39,738 nt of DNA from Perkinsus chesapeaki ATCC PRA-425. Its lineage: Eukaryota; Protista; Perkinsozoa. Where the stretch lies: positions 1 to 39,738 of the forward strand of contig JAAPAO010000321.1 of the NCBI GenBank assembly GCA_013115145.1, written 5' to 3'. Shown here piece by piece: positions 30,347-39,738 of the stretch (the first letter of the stretch is position 1; each line of letters opens with the position of its first letter). Position numbers and translations under genes: made by a program. The notes beneath the pieces were generated by a model. It saw only the letters and a list, made by a program, of their open reading frames with translations. It ran no database searches and had not been told where the DNA came from.

Positions 30347-31069
30347 GCCTTCGATCGAAAATTATTGTTCACCGGGCTACTGTGTTTACTATATTGTTTT
30401 ACGGGAGTGAAACGAATCGTTTCAAACGATGGCCTCGGAAGCCAAAGATGAACAGAAATATACAGTATTTCACAATATGTGAATACATCGAACTTTAAAG
30501 GTTGACTGAACATCGCATATGTCGAGCAGAAATATTGCCTGGGAGTGGTTGCGCTGCGCAACCAGTGCCACACATCGTGACAACACGTCTGAGATCCCGG
30601 CTTTCCGGCCGGGAGACCGAAAAATAAGCCGGGACAGGAGCTTAATTCACAAAGTCGGGATATTGGTCGGGTGGCACGGGGTAGTCAATTGCAACCTACC
30701 CGGACTTCTGGCCGGCCGGGATCAGCCCCCATACGAAAATGCCCGCCCCTGGTTGCGCAGAGTGCGGGGACGTGTTGCGGGCACGAAGACTACGGTTGTA
30801 TGGGCATATCCTCGATTTGCGAAGAGTACACCCGTGAGGGAACTACTTGTGTGGAATCCTGGTGTACATATGGAGGACTAAGCGAATGACGTGGCATGAC
30901 GTCATCTCACCAGATATGTACTGTATGCTTCTGGACTGGAGGGAGAAGACGGCCAAAACAGAAGTCTCTGGGAGAGGAAAGTATCATCCTTTTGCAAGCG
31001 CCCTCGACCGAGGAGGGAATAAATCTGACTGTGCTTCTTTTGATTCTGTTTCTTTTGTTGTTTGAACGG

Positions 31070-31190
31070 CAGGAGGAGAAAAGAGAAAAAAGAATGAAAA
31101 AAAGGAAAGATGGGAAAAAGAAGAAAAGGGAGGAAACGACGGAAAAAAGACAAAAGGAAAAACTTTTTTCCTTTTTTCAAAAAAGAAAAC
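31070..31190. repeat. Low-complexity polypurine (A/G) tract followed by a T-rich run
   Basis: Read directly. It produces the spurious K/E-rich and F-rich ORFs. Confidence 0.8.
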
Positions 31191-32093
31191 ATGTACCATT
31201 CTGGATGATAGTATGTATACTGTATACTCCAATAGGCCGTGACAGAGCTTTTGAGTCGCCTAGCCGTACGGCGGCGGAGAGCGAGAGAGAGTAGCTGAGG
31301 ACGATTGCAGGCTGAGTCGACTTTATTCCTTTCGAATTGGCAAATCGGTTGAACTTTTATAGTCGAATGAAATGTGGCCTAATTGAAAGCCTCGTGTTTT
31401 CAGTCCACTAATAGCCTTTGTTTCGGTCTATTGATTCACCTCATATTTGGATGCCCGATTCCTCGCCGCGAGGACCTCGCGGTCTTGTCGCTCGAACGGC
31501 GACGATCTCAGAACAGGCATTCAAGTTTTTGTGATAACTATGGCGGACCTGCATAAGTCCGACTTCTCATCCACTTCGTGTATCGTTGAGTTTGTCATGA
31601 CTTGACGAAGAGAAATGTCTTGCTTTCCTTCACACAAGAAGCAAGATCAATACTGTACTACAGATTCGGATAAATGGACTGTAGAGATTCTTATCAAAGA
31701 GAGATGTAATCGTTGATAATGAAAATACAAGTAGCTTGTAGCGCACTGACCAACAGTTGCGTTGATACTGAGGCAACGGAGCAGCTTTGTAACCGTCGAC
31801 GAGCTTTGAAGATGACCATATTTAATTCGAGCCGAAGAATAGCGACTCAATCTTTGGCAGCGTTTAGCCTACTAGACGATGATGCTATTCAGAGCGCCCT
31901 AGGGTTACAATTAATATTATACCTCCTCGCCTTCTGTTCATCTTATACTGCACGGGGCATATGTACATCATACGCCCATCTTGCCAACGGACAAATTGCA
32001 TGAAAATATGAAACACCTAAATGCAAGAAAAAGTCGAAATGATCGGCACGGTGGTCAACAACCCGAGCTGGAAATAAATTTGCATAGTTAATT

Positions 32094-34503
32094 ATGATGC
32101 CGGGGTTGCGTAAACGTTCTGACGAGATGTTAAGCAGAGATAAAGGCGGGCAGTTGATCATTGAGATTGTAGGGAAGGATACGGTACAGGTAGTGGGGAT
32201 AGAACCGGGGACCTTTAGGATAAGATAATTTGGCAGGTCCGCAAACCAGTTGGGAAAACGGACATATCGGATGCTGCTAATAAGGATGTCGCCGTGGTGC
32301 CTGTCAGCGAATTCAACAGGTATCTTAGGTTAACGGTGCAAGATTCGGAATAGGTCGTCTTGTGCGCGTTGCGCATATTGTAATGAAATATAGTGATGTT
32401 CAGGCTGAAGGAAGGCTCAACGATGACGGAGAAAGAGAGGGAAATCGCTAGGCGTCGCCAAGCTCGAGAGGAAGTATCTTATCTCGAATCACGCATGATA
32501 CGCACCAGCTAACCTTGCTTAGTACGAAGAGAGAATGCAGAAGTCGAAAGACCGCAAAGAGAAGATGGTAAAAATGGAGGAGGAAAGGAAAAGGAATGCA
32601 TTGAGAAGCACGAACGAAGTTAACGAGAGGGCCGCCCGAAATTCAGTAATATCCCAGACGGATGGCTTCTCCCAGTTTCAACCCATTACACTTAAAACAC
32701 TCTTCCCAATCGATTTCAGGTACTCCAACGGGCTCGGAATAAATTAGATGAGGAAATGGACGATGTGAAACATATGAATCAGATGATGCTCTACTCCAAA
32801 GTGGCTACCATCAGGGATGCTCAAGTCCAGGAAAAAAGGTACCGACTTGGACAATTGCGAAGTTTGATGAGGTTTGGTAGGTATATGCACGCCGAGAGAG
32901 AGGAGGAAGAGCAACAATTAGATGCTATGGCAGAGATAGAGAGGCTTAAGGCCTTGCAAATGTACTATAATGGAGGCTTTGGGATTCGAACCAGGGTCGT
33001 TTGGATGGAAGGTATGAGGAACGCAATCGAAAGCGGGCGGTTGACCAACGCCGTGGAGCGTCTGTTATTGTGGAGCAAATTAAGGATCGTCAACAGGCTA
33101 AATTGAGGGAGGTGATGGCCTTATCAAAGCTCAGGGCTGTTGAGGTATGGATTTAGGAAGAACAAAGGGACCGTGAGAGGCAGTTTATATTGAAGCAGAT
33201 TGAAGCTTTGAAGGATGAGGAGGTTCGATAAGATGAGGCTCACGTGAATGAGAAACTGTAAATGTCAGGTTGCGCAGCAAATATCGAAGAAAGAAGCCGC
33301 GGCCAAGCTGGTGAAGGAAGTTAATTTGTCGAACGCAGCTGCATTGAAAAGTGATAATATATTGACGTTAGCCGGGATCGAACTTGGGCGGTTCAGTCAA
33401 GGAAGAGAGGTTGATGGCTGATAAATTGGAAGATCAGAAGATAATAGAATATCAAAGGAAAAGGGAACAACAAGAGAAGGCTAGAGAGGAGCAGCTCGCG
33501 GTAATGTATTTTAGGCTAATAGGGAAGCATGTTGGACTCGCATCCGAAAGGTCGCTGGTTCGATGCTAACGGGTCGCTTTTTATCAGGCCGAGGCTGCTG
33601 CTAAGGAAGCAGAGTTCGCCAGACTTCGTGCTCAACAACAGCGTGCTCAGGACAAGGCAGCCGATATGGATGCATTGAGAGCAAAGAGAGCGATTGAGGC
33701 AGCTGAGCGACAAGTAGGCAAAAGAGGATTGGTTTATAGGGGCGGGGGTCATAGAGGAAACTCGCCGAATGTGATATAGAGGAATATGCTACAGCGTCGG
33801 TAGGAGCAAGTTTTATATTATATCTCCGCCTGCACACTGAGCTAGTTGTGTATTAAAGCTTTCTCGGTCTATGGTTACTGCATCAGGCACGACAGAAAGA
33901 GCTGAATGAAGCAAGAAGGCTGGAAGCTATCAATGAGGAACTAGCCGAGGCGAGGAGACAGCAAGAGGAGGAGAAGGAGAGGCGCTTAGCAGAGCAAGCA
34001 ATGTAATGTACTGTGCTGTACTATCGGTGGTGGATTATTTTAAGTCAGGTTGGAGAGAGAGGAATTTGAAAGAATAGTTTTGGTACAAATGCAACAAGAG
34101 GAGGCTGAGAGGGTCAGGGCAGATGAAGAGAAACAACAGAGGTTAAATCACTGTGAAGAGCTGAAGAAACAGATACAGGTAAGAAGGAGATCTTGCAATC
34201 TTGAAGTTCCTTAACGCTTTGACTAGGCCCGGGAGGAGGCCACTCTGCAAGCCCGCCGTGACTTTTTGGAGGAGGGCAATGTGATACGAGCTCAAATAGC
34301 AGCTGAGAGGAGGAAGTTGGCATCTATTAAGCAGAAGAAGATCGAGCAACTGAAGGCTGCAGGAGTACCTGAAAAGTAGGTTAACTGGTTATGATGTTGG
34401 TTTGACATTCTGGAGGTTCTTGGTTCGAATCTATGGTCGGTGTTTTATTTGTTTTTCCATCAGATATTGGGCGGAGCTTGGCAAAATGAAGCTATCTGTG
34501 TAG
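32094..34503 (+). CDS. CFAP45: Cilia- and flagella-associated protein 45 (CCDC19), about 14 exons; 5' end tentative
   Basis: In-frame exons give LDEEMDDVKHMNQMMLYSKVATIRDAQVQEK, QQLDAMAEIERLKA, DKAADMDALRAKRAIEAAER, EREEFERI, FLEEG and IKQKKIEQLKAAGVPEK/YW, collinear with CFAP45 motifs. Confidence 0.88.
33501..33587 (+). repeat. Intron resembling a degenerate full-length tRNA (sense)
   Basis: TAGGCTAATAGGGAAGC (A-box-like), TTGGA-CTCGCA-TCCGA hairpin, AAGGTC GCTGGTTCGATG (B-box-like). Confidence 0.6.
34376..34463 (+). repeat. Intron resembling a degenerate full-length tRNA (sense), beginning at the GT donor
   Basis: GTAGGTTAACTGGTTATGATG resembles GTAGCTCAACTGGTTAGAGCG; then GAGGTTCTTGGTTCGAATC. 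Confidence 0.6.
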
Positions 34504-34636
34504 AGATACTTCACCAGCATGTGCATGATGAAACCCTCCTCATCCCCGTTGCCCCACTAGTCGTCGTCTTATGATACTCCTACTTGTTGTTGCGTTGGTT
34601 GAGTCCCGTCTAGATTGAGCTCTCAGAATTCATGAG

Positions 34637-35188
34637 ATGGAGTGTCTTTCTGTCGTTATACTAATCTTCAGCGGTATCTTCGCCCTGGCAATTCTGGTTA
34701 CCCTGATCGTGTTTATTTTTTCCAGACGCTCAGTCTGCTCATTTCCCGGAAGAGCATCGGCGTCAAGGAGACCAAGGGAAGTCGGTCTCACTGGCAACAA
34801 TATTTCATCAATCACGGTTTGTTCAGAATCATCATACGACTCATCAGCTGGCAACCGATGACTTCTCTCGGCGGCCTAATAGTATTATATTTGATTTTGC
34901 CACTCATACATCATACGACCTGACACGAGCTGGCGGTAGCTTCAAAAAGGAGGTCCACCCAGTAGAGTATGGAGCACATGAGGTACCACGGAGATCCATA
35001 GAAGATGTTGGCGACAGTCGGCCACAGGCAGGGGTAAGCCGGCTCTTATTGCGTTATTCTGAATGTGTGTCATTTAGGAACTGCCGGAGAGTCTTTCTGG
35101 CTCATTAGCTGATGGCTCTGGTGATGGTAGCGATAAGACCGAAGTCTACATCGACCCATCTGCTGACCGTTTCAACAAATTATCGTGA
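34637..35188 (+). CDS. Small single-pass membrane protein (tentative 3-exon model)
   Basis: N-terminal TM VVILIFSGIFALAILVTLIVFIF then RR. The last exon after GTAAGC...TTAG reads ELPESLSG...RFNKLS*. Confidence 0.45.
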
Positions 35189-35762
35189 TGCCTTTGGCAG
35201 ATTGTCGTTTATAACCAATCTCACTCGATGAGGAAGTATATTCTGTTTGGTTCAACAGGAGTGTCTTGAAGCAGTGCTTCGGAAAGATCACCATACGAGC
35301 GTTTCAGGGCAGAACTTTCCAGTATAACTATCAAAAGGTCGTTCTCAACACCTATGCGAAACCGAAATGAGTGTTCATTTTAACCCACTCCTGTCAACAA
35401 GGGATACGCGAAAGAGAACGTCGGCTACAACTGAACTCTGTACGCGCGCATAGGAACATCCTCGGTTCAGGAGTTACTGCTAGTGGCGACATTCGCTGAA
35501 TCTTCTAGCACACAATTATATTGCTACGGATAAACTAGAATACTCGACACTACCATTTTCGAAATGGGGGGTATTTCACACCGCGACAGACAAGTGCGTT
35601 GTCAACAGTCACCCTGCAGCTACGTGAACAAGCGGAGCCACATAGCGTTCTGGTACCCTGTATCATAATGAGCAGATGAGGAGTGAGGCATCTATACTAA
35701 CGCTAGTTTTCGAAGAGCCCTCGGAGAGCAAGCACGATACCACCTTTTACATTATATTGGTC

Positions 35763-36347
35763 TTAGGAGAGTGCGGGTATGTACGGTGGTCGAGATAGAC
35801 GATCGAGATAATTTGGGGTCCAGAGGATGATAATCTTGTCCGATTTTTGGAGATAATCAGACAACTTCCAAGTCCCTCGTGCCTTCGCTGCATGACTAGT
35901 TTGATCTATACAACACTTGTCGAGAAAGACTGTAGTGTTGCGATGTTGATATAGTGAAAATAAAAGTGTAGAGATTACAAATGTTAATAACCCGAGTATC
36001 ATAACGGCATTTCTGTACCAGAAAGATTTATGGAAACGATACAGTGTGAGGCATACCCCTAGTAGAGACAACAACACCGTAGTTTTATACGCTATAGGCG
36101 GACTGCAACATAATAGAAGGGCGACTTGCTTCCAGCAACCGCTATCGCACCATGCGTGGCTCAAGAAAATGTCGAGCGAGCAGACTGGAGCTGACATACT
36201 GTGGGCAGCAATAGGGTCATCAGAGCTCCGAAGTAGAGACCGATTACATTGTAGATTGATAGCAGCCTCGCATAGACTTTTCCGACTGGGATGCACTCGC
36301 CACCTCTGAATTGGCACTTCATCGTTACGTAGGCAACGGAAAGACAT
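35763..36347 (-). pseudogene. Truncated paralog of the TM-TIR gene (194 aa; ends after YLDRL)
   Basis: About 96% identical to 38545-38998 by my count. Homology stops at 35795, immediately before WCVYEL. ATG 36347 (the track's 36356 start is TTG). Confidence 0.75.
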
Positions 36348-36510
36348 GCGAGCCAAAGAGTAGCGCCTGTGATAAAAGAATCATTTATCCACAATAATAT
36401 CTCGGTTTTCTGAGTGACCCGATTTCATCCATTAGACTCAAGACGTTCTTCTCGAAGAACGGAGAGCAATCTCCTCCGAGACTCCTAGAACGGTACTACA
36501 ACTGTACCCA

Positions 36511-36591
36511 CCCGGAGCTTCCGGGCGGAGCAGAGTCACCGACCCCTCCTCGTCTCCAATACAAGCCAGTAATACTAGCCTAATATACGCG
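36511..36591. promoter_or_regulatory. Upstream motifs conserved between the TIR paralogs (CCCGGAGCTTCCGGG ... TAATATACGCG)
   Basis: Counterparts at 39377-39391 and 39425-39435, in otherwise diverged DNA. Confidence 0.45.
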
Positions 36592-37612
36592 ATAACACCG
36601 TTCCTCAGAAGTTCGGGCACATGCGGAGAAACTCTGATGCTCAGGAGCACTATGCTCAACAATTTCATAGTATTGTTATTTGTTTTTCTAAGACGCTTTC
36701 ATTGGCTCCTTTATTCTCTCGAGTTCCCCAGAACGTGCCTGTAATGTACTCTAAGCTATGTGGCTTAGTGGTATGCCTTCCCTCGCTTCCCGTAATGGGT
36801 TCTACATACTCAGCTCTGAACGGTGATAATGCTTCTCTGAATGAGCGGATAGAGTCAATAGCTCCAATCATTCGGCGAGATCGCCGCCAACAAGCGTTTA
36901 TGTACATCGGTCAGGCAGGCTGACACAGCCTGCACCGGTAAGCTACAGTAAAAGAAGCCCCTCGGGACTGTTGAAGCAGCGTTGTCTACAAGTGTCGCTA
37001 GAAGAGGTGCCCAGTGAGCATTGCTCAGCACCAGATATTATGGAGTTTAGTATTTCAGGTGACAGAAAGTTACCCTTCGGAACAGCTTCACAGTATGAGC
37101 ACGATATTTCCCAGTGCGAGACTCCCACTGCAAGTGAATGTATTAGCTTGAAACTTTGAGAGCAGGATTCAGTCTGTGACTCACGGTTGGTAATGAGTCA
37201 TGACTTTTCATGGGCTTGAGCGCGCAGTCTTTAAAGTATCGTGCTTCAAGTATCGTTTGATTGATGTTAGGAATCCTAGTTCGGACATACTGAACGGTTC
37301 TGACATGCTGCATTGCGTAGTCGCGGCTTTTGAGCTTTTGACGGTGCAAGATATACATAAAGTGAGTGAAGATATCGTATAATACCGGGAAGTGAATATA
37401 TGAACCTATTTATCAATACTTTCATATAACAAAACTCTGACACTTTTGAAAAGTTACGGAAATATGCTGCGAGACACCATATGGGAGTCAAGGCAGAATG
37501 GTGCTAGTCTATTCGACCATTAATAATAGGTTTCTGCTGAGCTCGGTGTAGCTAGTTTCCCATCTGAGAGGTCGTTGTTAGCCTCAACCCATGGGGTATG
37601 GCCCTTCGAGAG

Positions 37613-39097
37613 TTAAGATATAATACTAGGTAACTGATGAGAATAGAGCCATTTGGATACAGACCAAACAAAACCTAGCTCGGTCAACCCGGCCAAAAGC
37701 AACGAACCTTCATACCATAATCCTCCTTGCGGATCTTCATAAAACGGTCCATGGAATAAACCTAGGCCGCAAGTGAACTGGGACAAGCTTGTGAGTATAA
37801 TAAATGCGAAGGCATAAAGGATACCCAGGAGCAAATGACCGCGTGGCTGAAGCTTCTTCCCCGCCAGCTTATGGACAAAGAGCAACATCAGCGGAACTTG
37901 AAAAGAACGTATGAGCACAGGTAGGAGTCGCGTACGAATTGCCCATGGGAAGGTCGCTGAAGCACACGGGAATTCCGGAGCTGACCCGATTGAGGCAATA
38001 TTCGCCATTGGCCTTTCCCACTCCGTGAACATAACCAGTAGTGCTGAGGCAGCACCATAAGCTATACTGGGTACAAATGAGGCTGACATGATCCTCAATG
38101 ACGTCGGAGATAAGAACCACATTGGTGCGTGTTCCTCCGTCCCTCTCCCGACGCAGAGACGTTTCACCACTGCAGCAAAGTTGGCCTCCGAACCATACAT
38201 TCGGCGGATGAGCTTCGTCAGCTTCTTATGGTCTTCACGCGATGTACATTTGGCGCGTCTCAGACTGAAAGACTTCACCTTCGACGCAAAAGTTGTCCAT
38301 TCGTCGAAGCAGCGATACGCTTGACGGCCCACCAGTATATAGGCGGTCAGATCACCAAGGACACTGCAAAACATAAAAGTACCAGATTCGCGGTCAATAT
38401 TAAATATGCGTATCCACTGGATGAACATTTCGAGTAGATGAAATACCAATAGAGATACACATAGCTTCACGTGACCAAGATTAACTACGATGACATCCTC
38501 CTTGTCGTGAGTTTGCATAAAGACAGCTAACTCGTAAACACACCATAGACGATCGAGATAATTTGGGGTCCAAAGGATGATAATCTTGTCCGATTTTTGG
38601 AGATAATCGGACAATCTCCAAATCCCTCGAGCCTTCGCTGCATAATTAGTTTGATCTATACAACACTTGTCGAGAAAGACTGTAGTGTTGCGATGTTGAT
38701 GTAGTGAAAATAAAAGTGTAGAGATTACAAATGTTAATAACCCGAGTATCATAACGGCATTTCTGTACCAGAAGGATTGACGGAAACGATACAGTGTAAG
38801 GCATACCCCTAGTAGAGACAACAACACCGTTGTTTTATACGCGATAGGCGGACTGCAACATAATAGAAGGGCGACTTGCTTCCAGCATCCGCTATCGCAC
38901 CATGCGTGGCTCAAGAAAATGTCGAGCGAGCAGACTGGAGCTGACATACTGTGGGCAGCAATAGGGTCATCAGAGCTCCGAAGTAGAGACCGATTACATA
39001 GTAGTGTAGATAAAGAGCAGCCTCGCAGAGGCTCCTCCGGTCGAGATGCACTTGCCACTTCCTCGTTATGGCGTGAATGTAGGCAACGAGAAGACAT
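37613..39097 (-). CDS. Polytopic membrane protein with a TM-interrupted TIR-like domain, intronless
   Basis: DIFLSHAW (betaA), two TM helices, VFLDKCCIDQ (betaB), SDKIIILWTPNYLDRLWCVYEL (betaC/alphaC with the Glu), then several further TM segments. Confidence 0.8.
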   Translation of the reverse strand: MSSRCLHSRHNEEVASASRPEEPLRGCSLSTLLCNRSLLRSSDDPIAAHSMSAPVCSLDIFLSHAWCDSGCWKQVALLLCCSPPIAYKTTVLLSLLGVCLTLYRFRQSFWYRNAVMILGLLTFVISTLLFSLHQHRNTTVFLDKCCIDQTNYAAKARGIWRLSDYLQKSDKIIILWTPNYLDRLWCVYELAVFMQTHDKEDVIVVNLGHVKLCVSLLVFHLLEMFIQWIRIFNIDRESGTFMFCSVLGDLTAYILVGRQAYRCFDEWTTFASKVKSFSLRRAKCTSREDHKKLTKLIRRMYGSEANFAAVVKRLCVGRGTEEHAPMWFLSPTSLRIMSASFVPSIAYGAASALLVMFTEWERPMANIASIGSAPEFPCASATFPWAIRTRLLPVLIRSFQVPLMLLFVHKLAGKKLQPRGHLLLGILYAFAFIILTSLSQFTCGLGLFHGPFYEDPQGGLWYEGSLLLAGLTELGFVWSVSKWLYSHQLPSIIS

Positions 39098-39738
39098 GCA
39101 AGACAAAGAGTAGCGCCTGCGATGAACGAATCACTTGTCAACAATAAACGAGACGAATATCTCGGTTCCCTAAGTGGACCTATCTGGATTTGAGGGGTTT
39201 TTCTCAAAGCTAAACCCTCTACCATACGACTCATTTGGAGGCCAAATATCGGAGAAGGGAAAACTAAAATGTTCGCCTACATCTAGATGATGCGGATGAC
39301 CTTCGCGCGTCACCTTGGCTGTCTCTTTTCTTGTCACGTGGAGCACCCTGCTCCGAGACCCATGAACATGTAGCCACCCGGAACTTCCGGGCAGGAAATA
39401 GAGCGACGCGCCGCTCTTCGGCTGTAATATACGCGTATCATATTATATGAATACATTGTCACAAGAGGCAGCTTAGTTCTCGCAGTAGTAGACAAATATT
39501 GAGCGGGATTCCGCTCGAGCCGGGCTATGGTCACGGCTATTTAGTATGCTCGCGCTGCTGTAGGTTCTGCTTGGGATTCTCAGGTGGGAGTAAATACATA
39601 TTCTCACGGAAAACGGTAAATCGTTACGGAACAGTCTCGCTCGCCCTAATCTATTCTCTGCGCGCACTTTCGGTTAATTCTCACGGAAACCCTGTAATGG
39701 TCCCCTGTTGCATCGGGTTTCTGGTTTACCTTTATAAC

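Noticed and set aside
30896-31294. K/E-rich and F-rich ORFs on both strands
   Set aside because: These are translation artefacts of the polypurine/polypyrimidine tract.
10679-34463. Intact tRNA genes at the B-box hits
   Set aside because: None forms a complete cloverleaf with acceptor stem and properly paired T-stem. They are reported only as degenerate relics.
36150-36165. CCATGCGTGGCTCAAG (also near 38900) resembling the dinoflagellate/Perkinsus spliced leader end (...CCATTTTGGCTCAAG)
   Set aside because: It is the reverse complement of the codons for L-S-H-A-W in the TIR betaA motif, so the match is coincidental.

Overview
This is eukaryotic, intron-rich genomic DNA, so many ORFs in the track are single exons or spurious ORFs with TTG/GTG starts. 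The organism is most likely a myzozoan alveolate such as Perkinsus. That is an inference from the apicomplexan-type N-terminal extension of the Rieske protein, the ~45-90 nt GT-AG introns, and the secreted subtilisin and TM-TIR families. Genes in order: two MFS transporters; a spliced minimal Dicer-like gene (platform + PAZ + one RNase III domain); a Cys/His-rich microprotein; a secreted hypothetical protein; an NCBP3-YbaK fusion; a membrane-anchored S1/P1 nuclease with altered Zn ligands; an RA/PH protein; a CAMK-type kinase with a long helical tail; TDP2; a PPR-like protein; the Rieske Fe-S protein; a hypothetical protein; a secreted BBE-like FAD oxidase with a Thr-rich linker and two 6-Cys modules; a prodomain-less subtilisin; an orphan copy of the Thr-rich array around an N gap; CFAP45; a small TM protein; and a pair of transmembrane TIR genes, one truncated exactly before the catalytic Glu motif. 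The strongest leads are (1) the 'half Dicer', (2) introns carrying degenerate tRNA-like A/B-box sequence plus a GTATCTT intron-shaped repeat family, (3) the intact/truncated TM-TIR pair and (4) the NCBP3-YbaK fusion. All gene models and homologies were read by eye from remembered motifs; no searches were run.
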